A program made the position numbers and the translations under genes. A model generated the notes under the pieces. The model did no database searches. It saw only the letters and a program-made list of their open reading frames with translations, and was not told where the DNA came from. A stretch of DNA of 64,000 bases from a virus: the IMG/VR virus record IMGVR_UViG_3300048997_000130, positions 1 to 64,000 of that record. One strand, 5' to 3'. Position 1 is the stretch's first letter. Every line of letters begins with the position of its first letter. Shown here in pieces: positions 37,415-47,186 of the stretch.

Positions 37415-39361
37415 TCATTCATCAATTATCTTGATTGGCAATTGAATATCCAGCATTGTTCTTCTTGGATTAATTTCTACAACCATTTCAGAAGCTAATT
37501 CATATTTTTCAACTGGATTTTCCACAGGCAAATTAACAAGCACCGGCAATTTCCGGCGTTCATTAGCTTCTGCACGGATGGAATCCGGGATTTGTCTAAT
37601 CATAGATTTGGCATATTTAGAACACCAACTCGGATGAGTTTGATATACACATCCAGTACAAGATGAACCTGCTAAAATATGTTCCGGTAGACTCCGTTTT
37701 AACTGAGATGCTCCAACAGAACATCCTTTCCCATAATCCGAATAAACAGTTGGATCAATAAAATAATGACCTTGGATTCCATCGTCCATGGCTAATTGTG
37801 ACACAATAGTAGATGGAATCTTGGCTAAATCTACAGCAGCATATCGGCTTAAAATAGAATATTGTAGTTGAGACCCGGATAGTCCGTTATTCATCATCTT
37901 GGAAATAGAAATACGAACTTCTTCGGGATTAATAAAAGTACTTCGAACTTTGTCATGGACATCACCATGGTGGAATGATAACTTAGGGGCGATTTGCACA
38001 TGAACAGGTTGAACAACTTCTGGCGGAATATATAAATTAACTTGAGATATTAAATTAGGCCAATCCGAATATTGTTGATTAGCCACATTAAGAAGTATAT
38101 TATGTGTTTGTTCCAAAGTCAGACGATTAGATTCTAGAGCTCTTCCGCAAGCTTGACGTAAATTATCGATCGTCAATTCAGGGCGTTTGGAGACCACTGG
38201 AGCGAACATTTGCAGTCGTGCTGCTCCATCAATATCAGTCGCCGCAACACGATATAGAAGAAAATCAAATCTATGATCGGAATTGGCTTGTAAATATTTA
38301 AATGATTGCTGGACTCCGCCGATAGCATCAACATCTAAATAAGTATGACCAATAAGCCCGTATTCCTTAGCGAGTTTACGAACTTCAGAGTCTGAAGATG
38401 CTCGAATAGAATTGGGATCGACATTCCCTTGTATCATCTTGCGTGCAGCAATCAAATACATTGCGCTTGGCATGGCCTCAGCATCAATACTGGCCATGCG
38501 ACGATCCCAAAATGACTGAATATCGGATTGTGAGATTGTCGGAACAGGCTTCTGAGCTTGCTGAATAATCGATTTGGAATTTTCAATATAAGCCCGTCTA
38601 ATTGGACGCTGGAAAGCCACTTGTAAATGGCGTTTAATATCTGAAGATGACGAATGGCGTGTGAAACAAGCAATATCTTCTTCAGATAGTCGAGATGATT
38701 CATTCAAATGTACAGAATATTGTGCCGCTAATTTAGCATCATATGGCACGTCAGCTGTTAGTCGTTTCTTGAATGAAGAACAAATCCCGTGGTTATTATG
38801 GACGCAACCGATACATTCCGATTTCGCTAAAACATAAGTGGCTTGTCCAGCAAATTTATGGACTATAGTCCGATGATCACCATCTTGAGCACATCGGGGA
38901 AAATGTGCTGAATTAATATATATGTTACCCAATAATCCACGTTCAGCGATTATGGCGTTAGCATCTTGCGCAGCTGATAGAAGCTGTTCAGGTCCAAATT
39001 CCGATTGTAATCGGACGGCAATATCCTTATCAGACAATCCTATTATAATATAAGTGGCTAAGCGATTGGCAACAGAAGCGACAGAACGGATAGGAGGATT
39101 AGTGTCGAGCGGATTGGAATTTACGACAGTGTGCGGACGCAAAGGTATGATGGACGGGACTTTATCATCTTTCCCATCCCATTGCAAAGCTTCTTGGAGC
39201 TCCGGGATACAATCCAAATTCTGTTTAGGAAGAGCTTCCATACGTCGATATTCTTCCATATCGACGGACAACCAAGAATGATCAGCTACTCCTTGATTAT
39301 GGAATAATTCCGATACATCTCCAAGACCTTCATTAGACATATCTAAAGGCTTTTTAGCCAT
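37415..39361 (-). CDS. Hypothetical protein with repeated Cys motifs, probably virion structural
   Basis: Start reassigned to ATG 39361 after GGAGG; two similar CxGC...C..(F/Y)xK modules (CIGCVHNNHGICSSFKK; CTGCVYQTHPSWCSKYAK). Confidence 0.75.
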   Translation of the reverse strand: MAKKPLDMSNEGLGDVSELFHNQGVADHSWLSVDMEEYRRMEALPKQNLDCIPELQEALQWDGKDDKVPSIIPLRPHTVVNSNPLDTNPPIRSVASVANRLATYIIIGLSDKDIAVRLQSEFGPEQLLSAAQDANAIIAERGLLGNIYINSAHFPRCAQDGDHRTIVHKFAGQATYVLAKSECIGCVHNNHGICSSFKKRLTADVPYDAKLAAQYSVHLNESSRLSEEDIACFTRHSSSSDIKRHLQVAFQRPIRRAYIENSKSIIQQAQKPVPTISQSDIQSFWDRRMASIDAEAMPSAMYLIAARKMIQGNVDPNSIRASSDSEVRKLAKEYGLIGHTYLDVDAIGGVQQSFKYLQANSDHRFDFLLYRVAATDIDGAARLQMFAPVVSKRPELTIDNLRQACGRALESNRLTLEQTHNILLNVANQQYSDWPNLISQVNLYIPPEVVQPVHVQIAPKLSFHHGDVHDKVRSTFINPEEVRISISKMMNNGLSGSQLQYSILSRYAAVDLAKIPSTIVSQLAMDDGIQGHYFIDPTVYSDYGKGCSVGASQLKRSLPEHILAGSSCTGCVYQTHPSWCSKYAKSMIRQIPDSIRAEANERRKLPVLVNLPVENPVEKYELASEMVVEINPRRTMLDIQLPIKIIDE

Positions 39362-40433
39362 TCCGCTCCTCCAATGCACTCAAACCAACAAGAACAGTCA
39401 CAGTGTCGGTAGCGCATTTCCTAAGCTGTCTAGCTATAACAGGATCATGAGCGTGTTCGATCATGGCTTCAACCAATTTATCATGAACATATGAAATGCG
39501 ACGAATAGTATTAGAAGCGGTCTTAGCAATTGGAAATATATCCATGACATCAGGAATAACGATATCATATTGATGCTTCATACATCGAATAATATCAGAT
39601 GCCAAATATTGAGGTTCATTACGTTCTTGCAAAAATGCCAGAACGTGGCGTCTAACCAAATTCTTTCGACCAAATTCCTTAAGGAATTGTTGGGTTAGGT
39701 TTTCCACCAAAGAGATATTTGTGGCAATTTTATTCATAATACTACCTGAAGACGCGTAACCAAAAGGCTGAAGATGCCAAACTTCTGGAAGAATAGGATT
39801 TTCATCTAAAAAATCAGCTTCTTCAGTGAATTGATCACTAGGAAATCCAAATGGTACAGCTAAATCTTCAACTACATATCCTGAATCAGAGTTCCCCAAC
39901 GCTCCTAAAAAATTATCCATGTAATTATCATTGAATTCCGGAGTAGGCAGTGATTCGACTTCAGGTATAAATGAATCGCTATCTTGTGTTGCATATACAC
40001 CAGAATCTTCATCTGCCCAAATATCAGATGTATTACCAATAATCATTTCGTCATAATAATCGGATCGTGATACCGGATCAGTATCATCATTTGGCAATTT
40101 CGCATTAGATATCTGAATATCTGAAGGTGGAGAAGCTAATCCATCATAAATTAGATCACTGGGTTGAGGTCCTCGAGCTGGTCTAGATATATCGCCAGGA
40201 AGCATGCCGCTAGCATGTTTAGGGCCTTGAGACAAATCTTGCGGATATCCAAGATATAGTTCAGGTTCAAAGCCCTCTACTCCATTAGTCCCGGGCAATG
40301 ATTGACCTGTTGGTTCGCGAGATTCGTCATCTTCTCCATGCAATGATGAATCTGATAGAGAGTCGTAAGTCCCTATCCCGAAAGTATCTACTGCCTTAGT
40401 GGCAGCCGAATCAGTCGGCAGAGAACTCGCCAT
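39354..40433 (-). CDS. Hypothetical acidic protein
   Basis: 359 aa, Asp/Ser-rich N-half, helical C-terminus. Confidence 0.7.
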   Translation of the reverse strand: MASSLPTDSAATKAVDTFGIGTYDSLSDSSLHGEDDESREPTGQSLPGTNGVEGFEPELYLGYPQDLSQGPKHASGMLPGDISRPARGPQPSDLIYDGLASPPSDIQISNAKLPNDDTDPVSRSDYYDEMIIGNTSDIWADEDSGVYATQDSDSFIPEVESLPTPEFNDNYMDNFLGALGNSDSGYVVEDLAVPFGFPSDQFTEEADFLDENPILPEVWHLQPFGYASSGSIMNKIATNISLVENLTQQFLKEFGRKNLVRRHVLAFLQERNEPQYLASDIIRCMKHQYDIVIPDVMDIFPIAKTASNTIRRISYVHDKLVEAMIEHAHDPVIARQLRKCATDTVTVLVGLSALEERNG

Positions 40434-41706
40434 GTTTATCTTGCCTTAATTCCCATAATGGATCAGTAGGAGGGCGAATTAATTTAGAATGTGGAGAAAA
40501 CGGTGGATCTGGAGCGTCGTTAGCGCGCATCCATAATACGTCATCTTCTGTTACATTGAGATCGTAATATGGCATCATTTTCTCATTACGAGATCCTGGA
40601 AGCCAAGAATATGATATTCTTGTATCAGCAAGCTGCATGGCGAAGCTTCCGAATCCGGTCACTCCATCAGCCGCTTCGTCTTCATAAATCCTGTCTAATT
40701 GAGAAAATCCTTCTCCAAGAGGATCATCTGATGGACGTTCATCTAATTCTGTAGAATATCCAAATTCTTCCGGAGATTCTCCAGGGCCAATATGCATAAC
40801 TCTCGGCCCTGGCAATGTCGATGGATCCACCGATGAATCTGCAAAACGAATATCCACCGATGAATATCTACGATGAATATCATGGAGTACCGATTGAATG
40901 GCTCCGGAATAATTTCCTTGATGGCGTTCGCCAGTAGTATCCATAAGCATCTCTACTGCTGAACACGCTTCTCCTTGAGGACCATCATCATCTGGTAATT
41001 TAGAACCTGGCTCATCGGGATCAATTACAGGTTCTTGCGATGACGAAGTCTGGGACTGGCCAGGACTAGTGTCTTCTTCTCCATCCCAACCCCAGTCATC
41101 AATAGCTTCTTCATCTCCAGCGTCTTCCTCATCCGAGTCAAATGGATTGAAATCATCTGGCGAAGGATTAGCGGTTTCTAAATCAAATTCACTTGGATCT
41201 TGAGGTACTTCAGTCTCATAAGATTGAGTTACAAAATCCTCAGGATGGGATTTAACATCTACTGCTTGTTCAATAATATCTGATGTTATTGAATCATCTT
41301 CAATAGCAGAATGCCAATGATCAGCATTAACTTCATCATGCAAAGTATCAGCAAAAGCTGACATAACTTCTACAGCTTGACTGAGTTGAGATCGAAGATC
41401 TTTAACTTTTTGAATATAACCTTTTCCTCCGAGAAGCCCATCAGGACTAAATTCAGAAGAATTCATTTTGGAGAACAGTCGTAATGCAGCTATTCCATAA
41501 CTATGGGCTCGTTCAATAGCCCATAATGTCTTGGCTAAATTCCGATGTACATCTGGATTCCATTTAAATCCTTGAACACGAATATCACGTCGTAACGGAC
41601 CTTGGTCTTTCTGGAATTGAATAACTCCAGCGGTCCGGAATTTAGTATTACACTGCAGTCCAACAATTTGTGCAGCGATTTTATTTAAATCATGATTTCG
41701 CATCAT
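40411..41706 (-). CDS. Hypothetical acidic protein
   Basis: 431 aa, Asp/Glu-rich middle. Confidence 0.7.
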   Translation of the reverse strand: MMRNHDLNKIAAQIVGLQCNTKFRTAGVIQFQKDQGPLRRDIRVQGFKWNPDVHRNLAKTLWAIERAHSYGIAALRLFSKMNSSEFSPDGLLGGKGYIQKVKDLRSQLSQAVEVMSAFADTLHDEVNADHWHSAIEDDSITSDIIEQAVDVKSHPEDFVTQSYETEVPQDPSEFDLETANPSPDDFNPFDSDEEDAGDEEAIDDWGWDGEEDTSPGQSQTSSSQEPVIDPDEPGSKLPDDDGPQGEACSAVEMLMDTTGERHQGNYSGAIQSVLHDIHRRYSSVDIRFADSSVDPSTLPGPRVMHIGPGESPEEFGYSTELDERPSDDPLGEGFSQLDRIYEDEAADGVTGFGSFAMQLADTRISYSWLPGSRNEKMMPYYDLNVTEDDVLWMRANDAPDPPFSPHSKLIRPPTDPLWELRQDKHGEFSAD

Positions 41707-42005
41707 GTTTCCTTTATTGGACCCTCATCATCACTTACCAAGCGTTCAATAAAATATCCACTTTCATCTTGCCCTAAATGCCAAAAATCATTTTGAGAAA
41801 GACGAACTAATTTATCATCAGCAACAAATCGGAATCCAGAAAGTTGGGAAACTGAACCCACTCGGACTTTCCCCATAGTTGCAGTTCGTAATGATTTTTT
41901 GGATGGCTCAAAAAAATCATCAATAGAACTGGATGAAAATCGGAAATCTTCGATTTTGAGGGTACTCATGTATCTGAATCCTTCTTCGGATACATGAGAC
42001 AACAA
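41703..42005 (-). CDS. Hypothetical protein
   Basis: 100-aa ORF, co-directional. Confidence 0.6.
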   Translation of the reverse strand: MLSHVSEEGFRYMSTLKIEDFRFSSSSIDDFFEPSKKSLRTATMGKVRVGSVSQLSGFRFVADDKLVRLSQNDFWHLGQDESGYFIERLVSDDEGPIKET

Positions 42006-42016
42006 GTTTAATGCTA

Positions 42017-42922
42017 TCAGACTAATACATTCAATTCTACTTGAATATCTACAAAACCATTGGAAGCTGTTGGAGAACTAACTCGAACAGAGTCTTTATA
42101 TAGGCCGGGAGTAGAAGGAATGCCAGAAGGATTAATACTGAATACAGCATCACCAGACTCGCTAGAAACCAACGGGCCTCCATTAACTGGTGAAACGGTA
42201 AGCCAGGGGGATGTATTATGCACTTTAGAAGCCAGCCAATTTAAAATGGAATTGGCGGGTCCAGCATTTTGAATACTAACTGTTGCTGGACTAGAACCAG
42301 AAGAAGTAGACAAGAAGTAGACAAGATTCACAAGTGGAGGTGATATCGCTATTATAGGACGAGGGAGAACGTTAATAATGAAATCCAGAGAAATCTGCGT
42401 AGCAGGAATACGATTATCTTGCAAATGAACCGTTCCTAAATATGGAGAATCCGATTCAAATAACGAAGCAGTTAATAATGTGACGTTAAAATAATCAGAT
42501 TGATTTTTACCGAGTCCAGGAATGGAAACTGGACTGGAACGTAGCCAAGGTACGCTAGGTGTTGAAATCACAGTCAAAAATGAACCAAAAGCACCGGCAT
42601 TAAATATGCCAATATTAGCAACGGATTTATTGGAGTCGCCTTCAACAATAGTTATATTGTAAGCATTGATACTAGGATCAATCAAAGCTACCAAGGGAGA
42701 TAATTGCTGTTGAATCTCAGATAGAGATTCTGCCATGGACGTAATTATATCTCCCGGAATAGGAATGGCAGTTTGAATCAGAGGACCATAAGGAGTGTTG
42801 ATGTCAGTCAATTCATACAATTGACCACCACCTTGAATATTATTGGCACGAATGGCCCAACGCCATATTCCTCCAATAGAAGTCTTCTGGAAAATAAAAC
42901 CGCCACCTTGAACAATGTTCAT
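42017..42922 (-). CDS. Putative structural protein with Ig-like/BACON-like beta domains
   Basis: Two beta-rich repeats with W-L-x-(S/V)-S-P motif (PWLRSSP, PWLTVSP). Confidence 0.5.
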   Translation of the reverse strand: MNIVQGGGFIFQKTSIGGIWRWAIRANNIQGGGQLYELTDINTPYGPLIQTAIPIPGDIITSMAESLSEIQQQLSPLVALIDPSINAYNITIVEGDSNKSVANIGIFNAGAFGSFLTVISTPSVPWLRSSPVSIPGLGKNQSDYFNVTLLTASLFESDSPYLGTVHLQDNRIPATQISLDFIINVLPRPIIAISPPLVNLVYFLSTSSGSSPATVSIQNAGPANSILNWLASKVHNTSPWLTVSPVNGGPLVSSESGDAVFSINPSGIPSTPGLYKDSVRVSSPTASNGFVDIQVELNVLV

Positions 42923-42971
42923 ATATCAACCTGTTTGAAAAGAAGGCGATAGAATAAAAGAGATATTAACC

Positions 42972-43430
42972 ATGAGGAAGGAATTGGAATTATTCTGGGA
43001 ATGTCCACTATGTAAAACGATAAATATCGATAATTCATCCATATGTAGTTTATGCAGTCGCCGGAAAGATGGAAGAATAGAACCATTTCATAAGCAACTT
43101 CCTCCTGAAATCAGAAAATCTAAAAAAGACCGACCAAGTTTAATGGTGGAAGAAGTTATAATACATGATTCTCTATATAAGAAAATCCGTAGACCTCAAA
43201 AAACTGATCCGGATATGTTTCAAAATAATATAAAAAAGGCTGATAAATCGGAACAGTTGATACAACAGATAAACGATAGAATAAAAGAAGCGCGTCGTAG
43301 TTCATCAGAACTCCAACTCAAATCTGGCGCATCAAATAAACCTGCTATTACTGTCCCTAATACGTGGTGGGGATGGATAATATTAATACTAATATCCATC
43401 ATAATTGTTGCCAGCACTATAATTAAATGA
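42972..43430 (+). CDS. Zn-finger membrane-anchored protein
   Basis: WECPLCKTINIDNSSICSLC (RanBP2-like) and hydrophobic C-terminal helix. Confidence 0.6.
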   Translation: MRKELELFWECPLCKTINIDNSSICSLCSRRKDGRIEPFHKQLPPEIRKSKKDRPSLMVEEVIIHDSLYKKIRRPQKTDPDMFQNNIKKADKSEQLIQQINDRIKEARRSSSELQLKSGASNKPAITVPNTWWGWIILILISIIIVASTIIK

Positions 43431-43431
43431 A

Positions 43432-45234
43432 TCAATTCCGCATCAACACGAATTTGGTCTTGGATTTACCATATACCTTCAAATAATCATATTTGGAAAC
43501 ATAATCTGATTCTTTCATATTATTTTTGATTGCATGATTATATAATGTCTTTTTATGGATTACAAAACCTTCTGAATTAATATAATGATAATCCGGTTTG
43601 GTTTGATGGAGTTCTTCCCAATTCGCAGCTTTGTAAATTATTCCTAAATGACCAAATGTGGAATCGGAAAAGCTGACAAGGGTAGAAAGTCGTGAGAATT
43701 GCTTAAAAATGGAAGCCGAACAGCGTGAAATGAACCAAGAAGCAAAATTTTTCTTTTGATATTGAGGATGAATGCAGAATCTATCAAGTTCCAAAACTTG
43801 AGAAGGGCTAAGATTCATGGAAGTTGCAACTTCCATGCGGACGGGAGTTGCAAATTTGCAGATGGCAATCAATTTATCATCAAGGAAGGCTCCGAAGATT
43901 TGTTTAGCAGAACGCCCAAATCCTGCATAATGAAATGATTGTAAAAATTCTTCGGATTCCGAATAATAAGAATTCGGCAATTTATCTTGAACGTTCAACG
44001 GCCGAATGGAAACATTAGTAAACGAAAAATCTTGAGAAGCTATTGGCGAATCTTCACCAAATAATTCACGAATCAGCTTTTGTTTAATAATGCCCGGATT
44101 CAAAAATTCTCTCTCCCACAGATATATTAATTTATATTCGGGGAAATATTCATCAACATAAGTGAATTTAGATGCGTCCTGTGATTGTCGCGTGGAGTGC
44201 CAATATTCGCCTTGACATTCAATGAGTAAATTATGTGAAGGAATGAATAAATCGAATTCCCAATAACCAATCACATGATGTCTAACGTAGGGAATGTCCA
44301 AAGCATTCAATAATGTTTGGACAACCCTCTCCAGAATACTATCTTTCCCATTAATTAATACTGAAGCACGAGCTCGAGCCATTTTCTCGCGGAATGCTGG
44401 ATCTTTCCATAATTTATCCATCTTCTCACGAAATATAGGATCTTGCCATTGCTTCTTAGCATTCTCTGCCTTCAATTGTAGAAGAGCTGGATCAATGGCT
44501 GCAGCTTTTTGTTTTTCAATATAAGCAGGATCTTTCCAAAGTTCTCGAATCCGATTGGTCATGACTTCCCGATATTCAGGAATGGTCCACAACAACTTCT
44601 GGGACTCGATAATCAACTCACGATATTCAGGATCGTTCCAACGTTCAATAACTAATCGAGATTGGAGCTGCCTGTGTTCAAGGCTGGAATGCAACGAGTC
44701 TTGCTTAGCTCGGTATTCAGGATCTTTCCAAACATCGCTGATGATTTGCGCATGATCAGAAACTTTCTTTGGATCAGACCAAATCTTTTCATAATGAGCT
44801 TTACGTTCTGGGTCCTCCCATAGTCCTTTAACTAATTCCGAGGATTGTTGTCTCTTTTCGGGATCATTCCAAATCGCAGTCGAAATTTGTTTTTGTTTTT
44901 CTGCAAACTCCGGGTCGGACCATAAATCTTTAGAAATTTGTGATTGGCGTTCGCGTTTTTCATCTGACCAAGATTCAACCATCCCAACTCGATGTTTCTC
45001 TTTATATTCAGGGTCTTGATGTTTCTCTTTCATGCCGCACGATAAACAACGATAAACTCCAACACGGCTGATTGTCCGAAGCACAGAAACAATTTTTAGT
45101 GTTTTCTTATCACCACAACCACAAATGACGCCGATATCAGATTGACGAGTGATATGGGATAATTGAGAAGCAAATTTTAGATCAATGATTTGTTCTGGAA
45201 TTCCATATTTCTTAATCTTATCTAAAATACTCAT
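43432..45234 (-). CDS. Multidomain protein: Zn motif, Trp-repeat helix array, Vsr/DUF559-like nuclease, Mom-like GNAT domain
   Basis: CGC...CLSCG; about 11 W-x-D-P-E-Y/F-R repeats; EFDLFIPSHNLLIECQGEYWH; FHYAG, LELDRFC, LVSFSD...GIIYKAANW. Confidence 0.75.
   Translation of the reverse strand: MSILDKIKKYGIPEQIIDLKFASQLSHITRQSDIGVICGCGDKKTLKIVSVLRTISRVGVYRCLSCGMKEKHQDPEYKEKHRVGMVESWSDEKRERQSQISKDLWSDPEFAEKQKQISTAIWNDPEKRQQSSELVKGLWEDPERKAHYEKIWSDPKKVSDHAQIISDVWKDPEYRAKQDSLHSSLEHRQLQSRLVIERWNDPEYRELIIESQKLLWTIPEYREVMTNRIRELWKDPAYIEKQKAAAIDPALLQLKAENAKKQWQDPIFREKMDKLWKDPAFREKMARARASVLINGKDSILERVVQTLLNALDIPYVRHHVIGYWEFDLFIPSHNLLIECQGEYWHSTRQSQDASKFTYVDEYFPEYKLIYLWEREFLNPGIIKQKLIRELFGEDSPIASQDFSFTNVSIRPLNVQDKLPNSYYSESEEFLQSFHYAGFGRSAKQIFGAFLDDKLIAICKFATPVRMEVATSMNLSPSQVLELDRFCIHPQYQKKNFASWFISRCSASIFKQFSRLSTLVSFSDSTFGHLGIIYKAANWEELHQTKPDYHYINSEGFVIHKKTLYNHAIKNNMKESDYVSKYDYLKVYGKSKTKFVLMRN
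44390..44970 (-). repeat. Protein-level tandem W-x-D-P-E-Y-R repeats
   Basis: WSDEKR, WSDPEF, WNDPEK, WEDPER, WSDPKK, WKDPEY, WNDPEY, WTIPEY, WKDPAY, WQDPIF, WKDPAF. Confidence 0.8.
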
Positions 45235-45275
45235 ATAATATAATAAAACAACCAACAACTCATTTCCAAGAATGA

Positions 45276-46037
45276 TTAGTCAGTCGGAAGAATCTGCGCA
45301 ATACCTCTGTCGACAAATTGTGGTAAGGAAACCTCGTGAAGAATATTAAAATGTTTATCGCTAATGGCGAAAAACACAGTCCAATATTTCCCATAGCGCG
45401 AATCGCGAGTAGTTTTTTCAACCTCTTGTTTTATTTTTTCAGGAGTAATATCAAGTCCTCGCCTACGACTTAATTGTAAATTGACTTCTCGTTCTCGAGC
45501 TTCCTCTGCGATCAAATCTCGAATCTTATTAAGAGCACGAAAAAATCGATGACGAACGCGACCTTGTGTCAATTTAAGTCGTTTAGCAATTTCAGATTGA
45601 CAAGTCGTTTCATACATTAACCATAAAATTTCTCGGTCTTGGTCTGAGAATTTAGGACCAAGTTCTAATTCAAATTCATCAAATTCAAGTTCAGGAATGG
45701 TGCGTAAAAATTGAATACGTTTAATACCTCGATGCAATCGATATGAGACAGCAGCTTGCGTAATACCGAAAATTCTTGCAATTTGCTCTTGCTTCATCTT
45801 ATCTCTATAATATAGAACGATAAGATCAGTCTCGCGTTCAGGAATCCGATTCAAATGATGTTCGATAACACCAAAATCCGGTTGATATCCCTCCGCTATC
45901 AAATCTTCTTCGGGAGCAGGAGCAAGTTGTCTTTCTATCAAATCTTCGATAGAAATTTCAGACTCGGCGCCTAATCTATCATTATTACTAAATCGTGTGG
46001 AAATATTCGAAGGATCTTGAATTAAAACGTGCGACAT
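45276..46037 (-). CDS. Sigma-70 region-4-like protein with two HTH modules
   Basis: LNRIPERETDLIVLYY...QEQIARIFGITQAAVSYRLHRG and QDREILWLMY...QSEIAKRLKLTQGRVRHRFFRA. Confidence 0.75.
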   Translation of the reverse strand: MSHVLIQDPSNISTRFSNNDRLGAESEISIEDLIERQLAPAPEEDLIAEGYQPDFGVIEHHLNRIPERETDLIVLYYRDKMKQEQIARIFGITQAAVSYRLHRGIKRIQFLRTIPELEFDEFELELGPKFSDQDREILWLMYETTCQSEIAKRLKLTQGRVRHRFFRALNKIRDLIAEEAREREVNLQLSRRRGLDITPEKIKQEVEKTTRDSRYGKYWTVFFAISDKHFNILHEVSLPQFVDRGIAQILPTD

Positions 46038-46184
46038 CCCAGATCTCCAACCGCTCGAAATAAGCGGAATGGTTTAAAATATTCATATTGGTCTCGATAA
46101 ACATCAGATGTTGTTTAGTATGAATATCGGCATAAGCCTGGGATGGCCGCCAGTTTAACATTACCAGACAGAGATATCGAACAG

Positions 46185-47186
46185 TTAAATATGTTTCAAA
46201 AAATCGGGTAATAAATCATAAGAATTGGACGTTCTCAAGTGAGATACTTTATTACATGCGAACACACTAATATTTATACTACGAATCCCCAAGTCATTAT
46301 GTAAAATTTGAGAAGCCATCCGATGATCACTTATAGCTTCACGCTTGGAATCTGATAAATTCAAATCGCGATTGAATCCGATTAATTTATAATTCAGATG
46401 AATACGATCTCTACATAGTAATGCTCGAGATTTTTCAGATTTAGAAAAACCTGGGAATCCCGTCTCATATAATTCATCAATTGTTCGGGAAGAACATAGT
46501 GGTGCAGCGGCTTTTTTCCGGAGTCGAAAAATCCCGGATATCCCATCTGATGGATCACCAGTCAAAGCTTTAAACATACGAATATTGGATGGTGGTATAT
46601 GAGCACCATATTTGTTCATCAAATCTTCAGTAGCACGTTCTGCGTCATAAAATCGATTGCCACTCACGCCGGGTCTATATATGATGATGCGATCATTATC
46701 AGACAATAATTGATAATAATCTCTATCTGATGACATTATGACGTTAATGTCGTCCCGATTTTGATCAATATAACTGGCTATTAAGTCATCGGCTTCTTCA
46801 TCGGGATTATGATAAATATCAATCCCAAATAGCTTAAATAAATGAACAAGAATGTCTAATTCATTTTGTGCAACAAATCCGTCAGATAATGTGATGGGAC
46901 ATGGAACACTTCCAGGTCTCTCGGAATCTGTCGTTTTTTGTTTATATTGAGGATCCAATATCAATCGACGGCGAGGCACGCCATCTAAAAACAATAATAT
47001 TTTAGATGGCGTGGCAATGTCTTGAATCCAATCGGACAACATCGATAACATACCATAAATAAGCCCGGTCGGATATCCAGTCGGAGACATAAATGGTGAA
47101 GATGTTTTGTTCATAACATATACTGCATGTGCCCTATGCAATATATTGTTACCGTCAATTAAAATAGTGCGATTAGACACTGACAT
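46185..47186 (-). CDS. 5'-3' exonuclease (PolI N-terminal / flap endonuclease)
   Basis: LIDGNNILHR, EEADDLIAS, SSDRDYYQL, LTGDPSDGISG. Confidence 0.92.
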   Translation of the reverse strand: MSVSNRTILIDGNNILHRAHAVYVMNKTSSPFMSPTGYPTGLIYGMLSMLSDWIQDIATPSKILLFLDGVPRRRLILDPQYKQKTTDSERPGSVPCPITLSDGFVAQNELDILVHLFKLFGIDIYHNPDEEADDLIASYIDQNRDDINVIMSSDRDYYQLLSDNDRIIIYRPGVSGNRFYDAERATEDLMNKYGAHIPPSNIRMFKALTGDPSDGISGIFRLRKKAAAPLCSSRTIDELYETGFPGFSKSEKSRALLCRDRIHLNYKLIGFNRDLNLSDSKREAISDHRMASQILHNDLGIRSINISVFACNKVSHLRTSNSYDLLPDFLKHI

